From contig NW_003314357.1 in NCBI RefSeq assembly GCF_000143415.4, forward strand, positions 517,795 to 581,794: a DNA stretch of 64,000 nt, written 5' to 3'. The notes under the pieces were generated by a model. That model saw only the letters and a program-made list of their open reading frames with translations, made no database searches and was not told the DNA's origin. The position numbers were made by a program, and so were the translations under genes. Origin of the DNA: Selaginella moellendorffii (taxonomy: Eukaryota; Plantae; Lycopodiophyta). Positions 34,766-47,811 of this stretch are shown in pieces; position 1 is the first letter of the stretch; every line of letters begins with the position of its first letter.

Positions 34766-37700
34766 ATGCCGAAGGTTTCTCCTCTCCGGATGCTCATAGG
34801 GAGCTCTCCCAGAGGCGGGGCCAAGCATAATCCGGGAAGCGGCCACACGGATCGCGATCATCTCCTGGAACACGAGCTCCCGTCCTCGCACCACCAAGAA
34901 ACAGGCCCTAGCAGCAGCGCCACGCCCCGAGGGAAGAAGGGCAGTAGCATGAGCTTCGCGAGCGTGTTCCCGCATTCCGAGAATGTCCCGGAGAATCTCT
35001 TGATTACTCCCGAGAAGCGGCCGAAGGGAAAGTTCTCTTGGTACCAGAGACAAGTCAAGAATCTTGGAGCCGAGAGTGAGCCAGCGAGTCATCGCCCACA
35101 GCAGCCAGGGATACCCAAGAACCCTCATCAAAGCACGCATAAGGCAGGTACTCCTCGTAGCTCAAAGCCCGAGAAGGACAGCCATTCTACGGCCGGAAGC
35201 AGCAATGATGCGGCCACGCCCAGGAAGATCATCTCCAAATCTCTGAAGTATGGATCTTCCACTCCACAGAGGGCAGGACATAACAGCTCTAAAGTTTTTA
35301 ATTCTGCGGCCGTCCATCCGGACTGCCAACCCGTTTTTGATCTCGAGGAAGACAGTTCGTTTTGGCTGGAGCACAGTGTCCAGGTATTACTTTATATCAT
35401 TGTCACTTTCTCTTCTGGCTGAAAGTTCCATTCTTTCCTCGGTTTTGCAACTTCCCGCGTGTTTTTCAGGTGCTTATAAGAATTCGACCACTGAGTAGCC
35501 ACGAGATTGCTGCAGAAGGATATGATACATGCATCAGGCAAGATAGTGCTCATAGTTTAACCTGGCTCGGAAATCCGGACACCAGATTCACATTTGATCA
35601 TGTTGCGTGCGAGGCTATCACTCAGGTAGATCAAGCTACGTTGTCTAGCTTGCTTTCTAACGTTTGACATGGCAGGATAAGCTCTTTAGAATTGCTGGAA
35701 TGCCTATGGTTGAAAATTGTATGCGAGGGTACAACAGTTGTGTGTTTGCTTACGGCCAGGTCTGCTGTTTTTATTACGTTGTCTTAGTATTTAAAATTAA
35801 GATGGAAAATGCAGACTGGTAGTGGCAAGACGCATACCATGCTTGGTGATATCACTAGCAAAGATAGTGAGAATCGTGGTCTGATTCTTCGAGCTTTTGA
35901 GCACCTATTTTCTACCATCCGAAAGGCAAGATTATCCTTCTGGGTAAGTTTTGAAGCCTCTAATGTTTTTCTTTTCAGGAAGAACAAGGTCGTAAAGATG
36001 AAAACCTTAGATATACATGTAGATGCTCGTTCCTGGAAATCTACAACGAACAGATTACTGATCTTCTCGAACCTTCATCAACGAACTTGCAAGTGAGAGA
36101 GGATGCAAGGAAAGGTGTTTATGTCGAAAGCCTTTCAGAGTTTGAAGTCAACTGCTTGAAAGATGTCACGCAACTTCTGCTTCAGGTTTTTGTCAAGCCC
36201 CGGTTAAGACTTAAATGGCATTCATGTTTTTACTTACAGGGAGCATCTAACCGCAAGGTTGCTGCTACGAATATGAACAGGGAGAGTAGCCGCTCGCATA
36301 GTGTTTTGACTTGCGTTATCGAAAGCACGGTATGCATTTTGTAGTACACCAATTTTCACTAAAACGTCTTCTTCAGTGGGAACGAGAGGCAGTAATTAAT
36401 CGAAGATACGGAAGGCTAAACTTGGTTGATCTAGCTGGTTCTGAGAGGTACGTTGTTCGTGCTTTACGGGGTTGATTGAATCTCTTGCAGGCAGAAGTCT
36501 TCGGGCGCTGAAAATGATAGGTTGAAAGAGGCTGTGAATATCAACAAATCTCTATCAACGCTTGGGTGAGCATGATTCGAAAACTCGTTCATCATCTGCT
36601 TATGTTTCTTTCTCTAGGCTCGTCATTATGGTATTAGTGGACGTTGCTAATGGAAAGCAAAGACATGTTCCATATCGTGATTCAAAGCTTACGTATCTTC
36701 TTCAGGTTTAGTCGAGTCCATTATTTTTCTTTGATCTGTTATTGATAATATTGGAACAGGATTCCTTAGGAGGGAACTCTAAAACAATGATAATCAGCAC
36801 CGTGAGTCCTTCGATCTGGTACGATTTACTGCTACTGTTTTCGTGTTAAGCATTTTATTGCAGCTGTTCCTTGGACACACTAAGCACGTTAAAGTTTGCA
36901 CAAAGGGCGAAGTTCATCTGCAATAATGTACGTTTTATGAAAGTTTGTGCTTTACTCCATACTCGTTTGGGGCAGGCCGTGGTAAACGAAGATACATCGC
37001 GTGATGTTAATGTTCTACGACAACAAATTTACAAACTCAAAGTATGCGTGTTCGGTTTTTATCCTTCATCTGTATGTGATGATTCATTCAGGAAGAGGTG
37101 AACCGCTTACGCTCTCAGTCTAGTGGGACATGTACATCTCCATCCTCCGAGGATTGTGACGCTGACAATGTGCTCTCTAGTGAGCATCGAAAGGTAGTAA
37201 AATTCATTTGTTATAGGAAGGGCTGCGATTCATTGATGACTACAGAGATGCACTCCCAAGAGAAGAAGAGACATCAACACTCTTTTATCGGCTGAGTTTT
37301 TGAAGCTTAACCAGCTGGTAATCTATTTTTCACGTTTCACTTACGAATTTAAAAATTAAAAACTTATTCCATTCAGAGGGAGTCTCTTGAAGCCGAGCTA
37401 GAGTTAAAACCATGTCAGAATGACAGTTATCAGAGGAAATTACAGGAGTACCAGCTAGAGAACGAAAATTTGAGGAGGTATTTTCGTTCACTTTTCTCAT
37501 ATTAATGCGTCGTCTTCCTTTTTCTGTAGGCAAATTGCCGAGCTTGAAGCTGCATCCTGTCCCCCACAGGAAAAGAATGAAGAAAAAACGAGAGAACATC
37601 TGAAGGTATACGTTCGCATGTCCTTCTTGCACTGAATTTGAAGGTGATGTTAATGTAGGAAATTGAACTCCTGGAACTGAAACATCAGAAGAGCATGACT

Positions 37701-40700
37701 CATCTAGAAACCTTGTTAAAGGAGGTAACAACTTACCGGCTTCTGTTGGTTTAATTTGCTTCACTTGCGCTTTTCTAGAGCGAGGAAAGCAGAATAGCAC
37801 AAGCCACGAGGATAAGAAATCTGGAGGACTGTTCTAAAAACTATTGCTCTGAAATAGAAGAGCTAAAGAAACAATTAAAGGTTTGCTGAGTAAGTGTTAC
37901 GAATCTTCGCTTAATTCACATTTGCAGGAAGCCAGAGAGGTACAAGAGCAAATGGAGAGCCAGCAGCTTTTTCTGATTAGCGAGTTCGAAACCGTCCTGG
38001 AAGAGCACAATAAGCTATCTGAGAAACTAACGAAGTCTCAAGCCCGGGAGCAGAAAGCAAAGGACCAGCTCCGGCTAGTTAACTGGGAAGTGAAGAAAAA
38101 GAACGAGCTCCACGATTTGGAAAGAGAACTTGAGATTCGGGCTTCTGCTGAAACTCTTGTCGGCTACGTTGACGATGAAGAGAAACAGGTTCTCGAGGCG
38201 AAGCTGCAAAAGACGAGAAGAGAGCTTGAGGATGCTCGTATGCGGAATCAACTATTTCAAGGAGAAGAAGCCTTGAGGCTAGCTCATGAGAAAGAGATGG
38301 AGGATACACGATCCGAAGTAGAAGCTGAAACGGCAAATGCTATTGCAAGCATGAACCAGGAGCTTGCTAAGGCACGGGAGGAATGCAAGACTGCTAACGA
38401 TCAAGTTGCGTGCTTGGTTGAGGAGCTTGAAAACTCAAAGCTCAAGTCCGACAGCCTTACAGAAGAGAACTCGAGATTGGCTAGAGCGTATGACAGTTTG
38501 CTTCAAGAAAGAGATACGGAAGTTCGGGAGATCAAGGAACAGTGCGAGGATGCCACGTCCAAGGTGTTCGACTTTCTTGCCGAGGGGGACCAAGCACTTG
38601 TAGCTGCTGCAAAGGAAATGGAGGATATTATACGCGAGTCATTTCATGGAAAGAGCATGGAGGTTTCGAAACAGTACAGTCCACACATTGGAGCTCTCCA
38701 AGACAAACTCCATCAGGCGTTATGTGTTGCCAAAGAAGCTGAACAGAAAATGAAATCCATAAGCGACCACCAGAAGGAACAGGTATCGGAGGCAGATCAG
38801 CTGAAGGTTCAAGTTGACGCGTACCAGCAGCAGCTGAGAGAAGCAGAGAAAAAGGCGTACGTGGCGTTCGTAGTGGTCCGCGAGCTGACACGAAACTATA
38901 TCCTGGCAAGCAGAGGCAATAGCGTCGAGGTGGACAAAAGCAAGGAAAATGACTGGAGGTTGGAGAAAGAGGAGCTTCTGGTGGAGTTGACTGAAGCGAA
39001 GCTGGAGGCTGCGGCCAAGAGTAAAGAAACGGCGACCATACTACAAAAGTTCAAGGATAGTCAGCATATGCTTCAGGAGGCCGAGCAGCTGCTCAACGCA
39101 CTTGTCAAGGCCAACGAGATTGCCAAATCTGGTGCACACGGTGACGTGAGAAGATCTGTGTCGGAAGTAGCTGCCATACCAGAGAGGGCTCTCAGCTGCA
39201 AGCTTGATAAGGCGAAAAACGACTTGCAGGTTATCAAGCAGGAGATTGGAACGATTACGTGCGACACGGTCGACGCCATCACGGACGCAGAGCATGAAGT
39301 CCAGACTACAATGCAGGCTATCCAAGACAACCTGACAGATATCATGTCAACTGTATTCAGTTTTGGTGACGATGTCAGGGGCGAGTTCGTGGAACTGAGA
39401 GACAAGATGTACGAGATGATGGACGAGACGGATTTGCTGATTGGAGAGATCCGCAGGAAGAACGAGCTTGTCAAGGGTCTAGAGTACGATATCAGCCTAC
39501 TGCAGGAGGCTTTCTCTGAAGCACACGAAAAGAAGATCGAACTCCAGGACGAAAACAACAGGATGCAAGAAGAGCTCGACATAAAAACCAACGAGATCAA
39601 TGGTGCAGAGGCTGAGCTTCTTAAGTTACTGAAAACACTCACGTCGGTTGAGAACGAGCTCCGAACTTTGAAAGAAACCACGGGCTACCTGTCGACGGAG
39701 AACAGATCACAGAAAAGGCTTATTGAAGAGTTAGAGTTGAAGAACACAAGATTGGAGGAGGACCTTGAAGATAAGCGACATCTGATTCAGAGCTTGGATT
39801 CGGAACTGCTTGATATGAGCTCCCTGGTGGAAAGAAAAGTTTTGCAGTCACAGGGGGATTTTGATTCGGGCGTCCTTTTGTTGGAAAGGGATGAACTTCA
39901 CGCCGAGCTATGCAAGGTCAAGGAGCAGCTTGAAAAAGCGCGGTTCGCTATGGATGAACTAGAAATGGTGGCAGAGAAGTCTCGCAAGGTACTTGAGCTT
40001 GAGGAAAATGTGGTTCATACTTAATCTGCGTGCCTTTTGCAGGTAGCGGAGGAATGCCAAGTTCTTTCCACTGATAAAGAAGAGGAGGTCAAGGTTCTTG
40101 AGCGGTCTGTGCAGGAGCTAGAAAGTACTATCGCTACTATGGAAAATCAGGTAAAATGGGGATTATTGTCTGCAAGTTTTTAACCCGTCTTCTTTCAGAT
40201 CGGTCTTATTAAACGGGATGGAGAGATGCAGAAGATAATGAAGGAAGACATGGAAATGGAAGTGCAGAGACTAAGGGCAGAGCTATCCAGAACCAAGATG
40301 CTAGTTCAAGCGACAGACTACTCTGAGTACGTTGTATTCATTTTACGTGCTGAGTGTGTGTGATCACTTACTCTTTACCAGTATTTCGGCTGACAAGATT
40401 AAGCTGTTACGCCTGGACGAAGAACTAGAAAATTTTCGGCAGGAGGGCCTTCTAAAAGACGTCCAGGTATGTGTTCATTCTTTCCATTGCTGTTCTGATG
40501 TTTTCCTTGCAGATAAATTCCTTGCGCAAGCATGTGTCGGAACTTATGGACACAGCTACTAAAGAAGCTAGCGCGTACCGGAGAAAGGTGAAAAGAATTC
40601 GTTTGAACAACTAGCTTAAACTTGTGCTGTATTCACAGATTAAGCGACTAGAAGCGTCACTGGAGACGAGATGTATGCCAAAACCGTGCCAGCGTGCACC

Positions 40701-41080
40701 AGAAAAGGCCTGTGTCAAAGCAAAAGGCTCGGGCTCCCCGTTCAAGTGTATTGGACTAGGGGTAAGTAATGAAGAGCACTCCACAAACAAGAGACGGATC
40801 GAGGAGTTGGAGGCCGCGGCCACAGTTCGTGAGAAAGAGGTAGAAACGTGAAGAGCTCATTCACTCACTTTCGTGACTCGGGAAAATCTTGCAGGTATTT
40901 ATGCTGAACACGAAGCTAGCTCAGGCCGAGAGTATGACTTACGACGTTGTGAGGGATTTACTAGAAGTCAAGCACGACATTGCGAGCTTCGCGGTAAGGA
41001 TTTTTACTTGGCTCTATCAAGTGTAATTGATTGTTTGTTTTGCTCAGCATGTACACCCAGATGAAGTATAGCGATCTATA
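34766..41080 (+). CDS. Kinesin-12 (POK/KIN12-like) motor with a long coiled-coil tail; 3' end approximate
   Basis: [42 protein letters not shown] and [10 protein letters not shown] motifs; C-terminal [12 protein letters not shown]. Confidence 0.9.
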
Positions 41081-41258
41081 GAGATTTATTTGTACAGATT
41101 TTTTAGCGTAAAGATTCGAGAAGAATGGCGTTCCAAAGAGTGAACAGAGGTAAGATTTTTGCTCCTGGTTTACGATTCATAATTGTCGTGTTTGCAGAGA
41201 AATAAAGCGATTTAAAATATGCTAAGAATATGCGCTCCAAGATGTGTAGGGTTTAGCA

Positions 41259-42018
41259 ATGGAGAGTGGTGAAGAGGTCGATGGAGGGCGGCAGAGATTT
41301 TTGTTGGAGCTGGAGTTCGTCCAGTGCCTTGCAAATCCGACCTACATTCACTGTACGTATTGTTTCCCTGCTTTGGCTTTGTGATCGCTGATGGGTGATT
41401 GTTGCCTTTTGCAGACCTCGCCCAGAATCGTTACTTTGACGATGAAGCGTTTGTAAATTATCTCAAGTACTTGCAGTATTGGCGTCGCCCAGAGTACGCG
41501 AAATTCATAATGTAAGCTTGTTTTGGAGAAAACTCTGACAACACTTCGCTAGCTCCTTGAGTTTGTTTTAGCTCACGGACTCCTTGCTCAGGTACCCTCA
41601 TTGCTTGTTCTTTCTCGAGCTTCTCCAAAGCTCTCACTTCAGAGCTGCAATGGTACACCCAGCCAACAAGGTAACACAGAACTGTCTTTTCATCTCTAAT
41701 CCATCTGGCTGTGCGCAGGAGCTAGCACACAGACAACAATTCTACTTTTGGAAGCACTACCGCAGCAATCGTCTCAAGCACGTCCTTCCGCGTCCAATGC
41801 CAGAAGCAGCAACAGCGCCAGCATCAACAGCAGCAGTAGCGGCGCCACCATCGGCTCCTCCAGCTCCTCCGGCTCCCCAGCACATTGGTCACGCCGCTCC
41901 ATCTCCAGCTCCAGCGCCACCATCACTGCTCGTCCTCCCGCATCAACCCTCTTCCTCCTCCATCAAGACGAGTGGAAGCAGCGGTGGAGAGAGGCGAAAG
42001 AGAAAATACTCCAACTAG
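41259..42018 (+). CDS. MED31: Mediator subunit 31
   Basis: RFLLELEFVQCLANPTYIH, YLKYLQYW..PEYAKFI, YPHCLFFLELLQ and QQFYFWKHYR. Confidence 0.96.
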
Positions 42019-42063
42019 CGAGCTAAGTAAGCTCTGTAGAGAGTTTGTGAATTGTATGATTTT

Positions 42064-43059
42064 CTATTCCAGAGCCTTCCAGAGGGCTTGATTTTCCCCA
42101 TCAAAGACTACAACATTTCCAGCATTGGTAACAACTAAAGTTGTTGTGACCTTGCAAAAGGGCTGTGGGTTGCAATATCTATCAATTGCCCAGTAAATAG
42201 AATCCTTGTCATCTTTGATAAGAAAGTTACCATCTTCTTGCAAATGCGCGTAGCAACCTTGCCCAGGTTTATACTTATGTTGGCTAATCCAAAGTATGGG
42301 ACTCTCGCCAATCCTACGCAACACTAGCTTGCAATCTATCTGCATGGTTAGTCTAAACTTTCGATTTGGCGACACTAAACTGTTCCCAGATTTTATATGA
42401 GAACCAACTCTATCCGCCTTATGGCCAAAGAGCGATGATGAGAATGGCCAACAGTTCTGATCATCCTGATCATCACTCCTCCCTAAACGGATTACTTGCA
42501 AAGGATGGTTGTGACTGTAATTTGATGTTAATGTGGACATAAAACTCGCATGTAGCACTCCCTCATTAGGAAGGATGGCTGAGAAGGCATATTCAATGAT
42601 AAGATTTAAAAAAACAACTCTGATTTCTCCACAAAATGTTCTCCCGTCTGGATCTGATCTAGCATTTTGTTGTATGGATCCTACAATTATTTGAAATATA
42701 TTTCTTAAATCTTGGCCTCGAAAGCCAAAGGGACTGGTCGGGTCAGTGGTGCAAGTAAAAGGTAAAAGGGTGTCTGGGCCATTAGCTCCTGGAGCTAAAA
42801 TATGTAGATTAACTATGATCCTAAACCTGGATCGCCTGAAATTGACAACTAAAATTCTCACCCCAACTGGATAAGTTTCGCCATCTTGGAACCACACAAT
42901 GGCATACCTTAGAATATTTCTTAGAATGCGGGAAAATTGATTTGCATTGAGAACATAGGGGTTTGCAGTGTAGATCACACTAGCTCGAAGTGCTGGTGCT
43001 GGTGGCTGAGAAAATGCAAATACTGCAAGAAAGAGGAGGCAAAGCAGTAACTTTCCCAT
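42064..43059 (-). CDS. Secreted protein: signal peptide + unknown alpha/beta domain + bulb-type (GNA-like) lectin domain, paralog 1
   Basis: Hydrophobic N-terminus; C-terminal SLVSPNRKFRLTMQIDCKLVL...LW...CYAHLQEDGNFLI...GNVVVF...LW. Intronless. Confidence 0.8.
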   Translation of the reverse strand: MGKLLLCLLFLAVFAFSQPPAPALRASVIYTANPYVLNANQFSRILRNILRYAIVWFQDGETYPVGVRILVVNFRRSRFRIIVNLHILAPGANGPDTLLPFTCTTDPTSPFGFRGQDLRNIFQIIVGSIQQNARSDPDGRTFCGEIRVVFLNLIIEYAFSAILPNEGVLHASFMSTLTSNYSHNHPLQVIRLGRSDDQDDQNCWPFSSSLFGHKADRVGSHIKSGNSLVSPNRKFRLTMQIDCKLVLRRIGESPILWISQHKYKPGQGCYAHLQEDGNFLIKDDKDSIYWAIDRYCNPQPFCKVTTTLVVTNAGNVVVFDGENQALWKALE

Positions 43060-44099
43060 CGTTGATATAATGTTTTATATGTTTTAGCTGCCAAAGTATT
43101 TATATCTATTGGTATCTTCTTCAAGATATTCACCTTTAGCTTGACTATTCAACACTATTTTTGTTATTGTTTTGTGCGCACATAGGCACATTTGAATTTG
43201 GATTTGCCAAAGAAGACAAGACATTAGTAGCTAGATGGATATCCTACCATATGATACCAGTAAAAGTGTCTAAATTAAGTACTTTCATGTCGTTTTTAAT
43301 TAAGGTAAGTGGACATAAATGTTTGATAGTACCTTTTTAGTATTGGGCACAATTTGCCCATCTGGGTCTAAGTGTTAATGAGGAAAGGTTTGTTATTCGA
43401 GAAAGCTGAAATGTCAAATATTATATAAGATCACCTTTCATATTTGAGACATTTGCAAATTATTATTAGCAAAGAATCATGATGACAATTAATATGGTTG
43501 ACAACCCTTTTCTAGATGTCACAATAATTTTTCACAAGATGATTTATAATGTATCATTGCCAGAGGTCCATATCATAGATTGCACCACCATTCTCAACCT
43601 TGAGGCTATCCAGCCATCTTCCTCAAACCATTTTCCATTCTCACACCACATTCCCATCCGGACGTTAGAGATGAGAGGCATCTTTAATTGTCCCTGAGGA
43701 GTGTTTAGATTTGGGATTTTGGTTTAGATATAATTTTTGCATCGTCTAGATCTAGCTTTTTCCATTTTTTTTCTTTTGTTCTTTCTTTTCACTTTAGATT
43801 CAGTCACACATTCCTAATCGGAGTCACAAATTCCTTTAATAGTATGGTTGCTTGAGACTAAGGTGGTAGAGCTCAATGTCATCAATTTTTCTGACACTGA
43901 CTGGACAACATAAAAAACTCTTCCCACGCCCCTGTTCTTCATAACTTGATTGGGATCAACCAAAAATATATTACAGCAGAGATTCCCAAGATTCTATTTT
44001 ATAAAATACTGTTGCAAACGGGTTAGAGATTCAGACATACTCACTTCTACAGCAAGTAGACAGGAGCTTTATAGTAGACCTAAGGAGGATTTTTAGCAT

Positions 44100-45780
44100 G
44101 CTTTTATGTTAACACTACTAATTAATATTAGCGTATTTACCAAGTAGTAATAAACATGTAAAGAAACTAATATTATATTTCTTAGTCTCATAATATCCAT
44201 ATACTATATAAATGCATGTTAGTTTTACTAAAGACCATAAATTAAAGTAGTTCCATAATAGAGGAATTATTTTCATTTACTGAAAAAGTTAATTAAATTT
44301 TTTAAAATTATTATTTATAAAAATATAATTACTAAATTAATAGTAATGTAAAAATTAGAAATATGTGATTAGTTCCATAATTGACTACATTATTAAATTA
44401 TTTATATAATGAATTAAATATTTTTACTTTATATCTACTCTTAGTTCCCTTATTCATAAAACATAAGCCACTTAGTTGTTTGAGTATCAGGTTTAAAAAC
44501 TTTAATCCTTGCACAAAATTTAGTATATCACTAAATTTGAAATATAATATTTATAGACTTTTTATGAATATTTTTAAAAATAAAATAATTTTTTTAAAAA
44601 AAATGTATATTTTAAAATAATAAAGACTAAAAATAACATTTATTATGCTAGTAATATATATTGAAAATAATAAATTTCTGTAAATAATAAAAAAGGACAG
44701 TTTAATAGAGTATCTATCAGGGTTTAAATATAGAATAAAAAGACCCATCAATAAGAATGCACACCCCTTTTTAATTAGTTAAAGGGTTTTAATTTTCATT
44801 GTAAATTTATGTATTGTAAACAACTAAAGTGAATAACATTTAGATTTTTCATAGTTAGGGTTAAATATTTTTTAATTTAAATTATACATCTTCTAATTGG
44901 AGAGTTTATATATGGTATTAGAGGGGTAATTATAACTACATTGGTTATTACCAACTATAAAAGTTAATATTTATTAAGAATTTAAAGGTCTTAGAAGCCA
45001 TTAAATTAGACTATAAGTTACTTATTAAAATTATTAAAATTAAATTCACGATTTATCTATACTTTATTTAAAACAATTTATAACAAAAATTTCAATTCTA
45101 TAAAATTAGTTAGGTATTAAAAGTATCTATTCTTAGCTTTGTAAATTACTATCAACATAAAATTTGACTTTTTTACTAACTTAGTAAGACTCTTAAGTAA
45201 TATTAACTTATATGATTTAATTATACATATATATATTATGATATATATATATATATTTATATATCTATAATTCAAGAAGATGTGGAATATATATTTTTTT
45301 TTTCTTTTTGTTCAGTCATTAGAATTTTCTAGTTATTTAGAAATATCATCAAACTCTTTTCTACTCATTTTGTTTTCAATATATTAAAATTAATAATTTT
45401 ATTTAGCACATAATCTGAAATTTAAATAATAAGCCAATTATATTATCAACAAAGCTGGATTGAATCTGAGACATCCATATATTTAAGTCTTTATATATAA
45501 ATCAGCGATATAATGAAATTGATTAGACCAAAACAATTTTAGTTTTTAAGTTTATTAAATAAAATATTTATAAAGCTTTATTTCAAACTTGGTATTGTTA
45601 ATTAATATTATTGTGGTTTTAAATTAACTAATTAAATCACATTGTGTTAAATTTAATATAACACTAGTGTGAAGAACTTAATATTTATTAATAAGAAATT
45701 ATTTTATTGAAAATAGAAGAAGATGTGACACATTTCTAATCTAGATTAATGAAATACCAAATACCAACACATGTCAGTTT
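44100..45780. other. Extremely AT-rich non-coding spacer with (AT)n tracts between the two lectin genes
   Basis: Long runs of A/T-only sequence and an (AT)n microsatellite at about 45225-45265, in strong contrast to the flanking GC-balanced genes. Confidence 0.85.
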
Positions 45781-45789
45781 ATTAATCTA

Positions 45790-46815
45790 CTACAAGGCTT
45801 TCCATAGAACTTGATTCTTCCAATAAATAATAATATTTCCATGGTTACTAACAGTTAATGTTGTTAATATTTTGCATGAAGGTTGTGGTATACAATACTT
45901 ATTACTAGCCCAATAAGTCCTACTTTGATCATAGTTATTATCTTCCTTGGTAACAAAATTTCCATCCTTTTGTAGATGTGCATAACAACTTGGGCTGGGT
46001 TTATGCTTATGTTTGCTAATCCAAAGTGGGATACTATATCCAATTCTATACAACCTTAATTTGCAATCACTCCCCAATGTTAGCCTGAATTTTTTATTTG
46101 GCGAGGTTAAACTATTGTCAATTTGAATATAAGAGCCAACTATATCAGCTTTTTGACCAATAAGTATAGTTGAAAATGCCCAACAATTTTCATGTTGACT
46201 TGTTATATGCCAAGGGATTAAAGTCTGTTCTTGTACTTTAGATTTGTAGGATTTAGTAAAATTTACATGCATTAGCATATTCTGGGGAAGCTTGGGGAGT
46301 GGTATTGTTATCTCATAATCCATCATAAGATTGAGAAATACAACACGAATTTCTCCACAGAAAGATATCCCAAATATATCTGATGCAGCTCTTGCTCGAA
46401 CAAATCTTAGAAGACTTTCAAAAATGGTGTGCAGCTCATCACCTTGAAAGCCTATTGGACTTGTTGGATCAGTAGTGCAAGCATATGGTATAAGACTTTC
46501 TTGACCAATGACTCCAGGATCTAAAACGTATAAATTTACAGTGATCCTAAACCCTGATCTGCGGAAATCAATATTTATAGTTCGTAATGTAGATGAATAT
46601 GTTTCACCATCAAGAAATTGTGAGGAAATATATTCTTGGATGTGCCCCAAAATGCGTGTAAAGAGATTTATATTGATAGCATTGGGATTTTTAGCATAGA
46701 TTACAGTAGGCTCATTAGCTGGAACAGGAATAGGGGGAATAGGAGGTGTTGCAAATATAAATAGTATATTTAATAAACAAAAAGAGAAAAAAGTAGGAAA
46801 CAATATTAATCCCAT
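45790..46815 (-). CDS. Secreted protein: signal peptide + unknown domain + bulb-type lectin domain, paralog 2
   Basis: Collinear with 42064-43059 (DGETY, FRRS.FRI.VNL, CTTDPTSP.GF.G, FCGEIRVVFLNL, CYAHLQ.DGNF, LWKAL). Confidence 0.8.
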   Translation of the reverse strand: MGLILFPTFFSFCLLNILFIFATPPIPPIPVPANEPTVIYAKNPNAININLFTRILGHIQEYISSQFLDGETYSSTLRTINIDFRRSGFRITVNLYVLDPGVIGQESLIPYACTTDPTSPIGFQGDELHTIFESLLRFVRARAASDIFGISFCGEIRVVFLNLMMDYEITIPLPKLPQNMLMHVNFTKSYKSKVQEQTLIPWHITSQHENCWAFSTILIGQKADIVGSYIQIDNSLTSPNKKFRLTLGSDCKLRLYRIGYSIPLWISKHKHKPSPSCYAHLQKDGNFVTKEDNNYDQSRTYWASNKYCIPQPSCKILTTLTVSNHGNIIIYWKNQVLWKAL

Positions 46816-47108
46816 CTTGTAGAATGTTCATGTTTCTTTTGGACTACCATTTATTTAGGCAAAGTAAATTATTTTTAATCCATAGAAAAAGATTACCTAA
46901 ATACGACAATATGCAATATTATTTTCTGGGCCGTCGATGGCTGTGTTTCACATAGTCGTGATATGTAGTTGTTCTTTCGTAAATTGGCCGCTAGTGACAG
47001 ACCAGTCTCCACCTGTAGGTTGCAAATCCAAAGCTTGTCTGGAGTGCCTTGTGAGCCAAATTGCAACAAAGGAGCGAGAAAAAAGAATTCTATGCATCAT
47101 CGTCTCTC

Positions 47109-47492
47109 TTAAGAAATCACCTTCTTTGAGGTACTGATATACAAAACTGGCATGAAGAGAAGAATGATCAAATAGAGAAGAGACATCGAAAGAGAAAGAG
47201 CACTACTCCATACCATTGTTCCCACGGATGAAAGCGTCGCCATACTTGTTCTTGAGCTGCCCATTGACGTACTCCTCGGTCTGCTCCATGGCGATGTTCA
47301 TGTACCCATCCAGGCACGCCAGAATCCCTGCGCGGGCACTGTCTACTTAGATTTCTCTAGGCTGCCAATGGATCCATTACCTCGATAATCGACGCCGGAA
47401 TTGAGCTTAACGACCACCGGGCGGCCCTTGATCGAGCGCAGGAAATCCGTGGGCGTCTTGGCGGAGCCAGCGCCAATGCCACTCCCGCTCAT
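47109..47492 (-). CDS. LSM6: Sm-like protein LSM6
   Basis: TPTDFLRSIKGRPVVVKLNSGVDYRG, LDGYMNIAMEQTEEY, YGDAFIRGNN. The last exon end is approximate. Confidence 0.95.
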
Positions 47493-47811
47493 TCTTACCC
47501 TAGAAAAGCCCTAAACCTCTTTATCCTAAGGGCTCTTAAAGAAAACTTTAGGGCAAGAAGAGGGGAATGGAATGGAATGGCGCGCGTCCTCCATCCGAGC
47601 GCTACGCAGCAAGAATCCATGGCGCTGTTGGAAGATCCAGCGAGGTATGGAGTAGCTAGCGCTACCGAGAATCTCTCCTTGCCACGTCAGCCAAGAAGAA
47701 ACGCAAGACTCTTGACCTTTCATAGCCCCCCGGCGGCAGGGGAGATGAAAGGTTTGGATGATCTCACCATGAAAGGTGAGAATGTCCGGCTAGGTGTTGC
47801 TCTTCGCGGCG

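Noticed and set aside
44113-45669. CACTA... at 44113 and ...TAGTG at about 45669, suggesting a CACTA transposon
   Set aside because: The termini do not extend into matching inverted repeats, and the flanking 3-mers (taa versus tga) do not form a target-site duplication.
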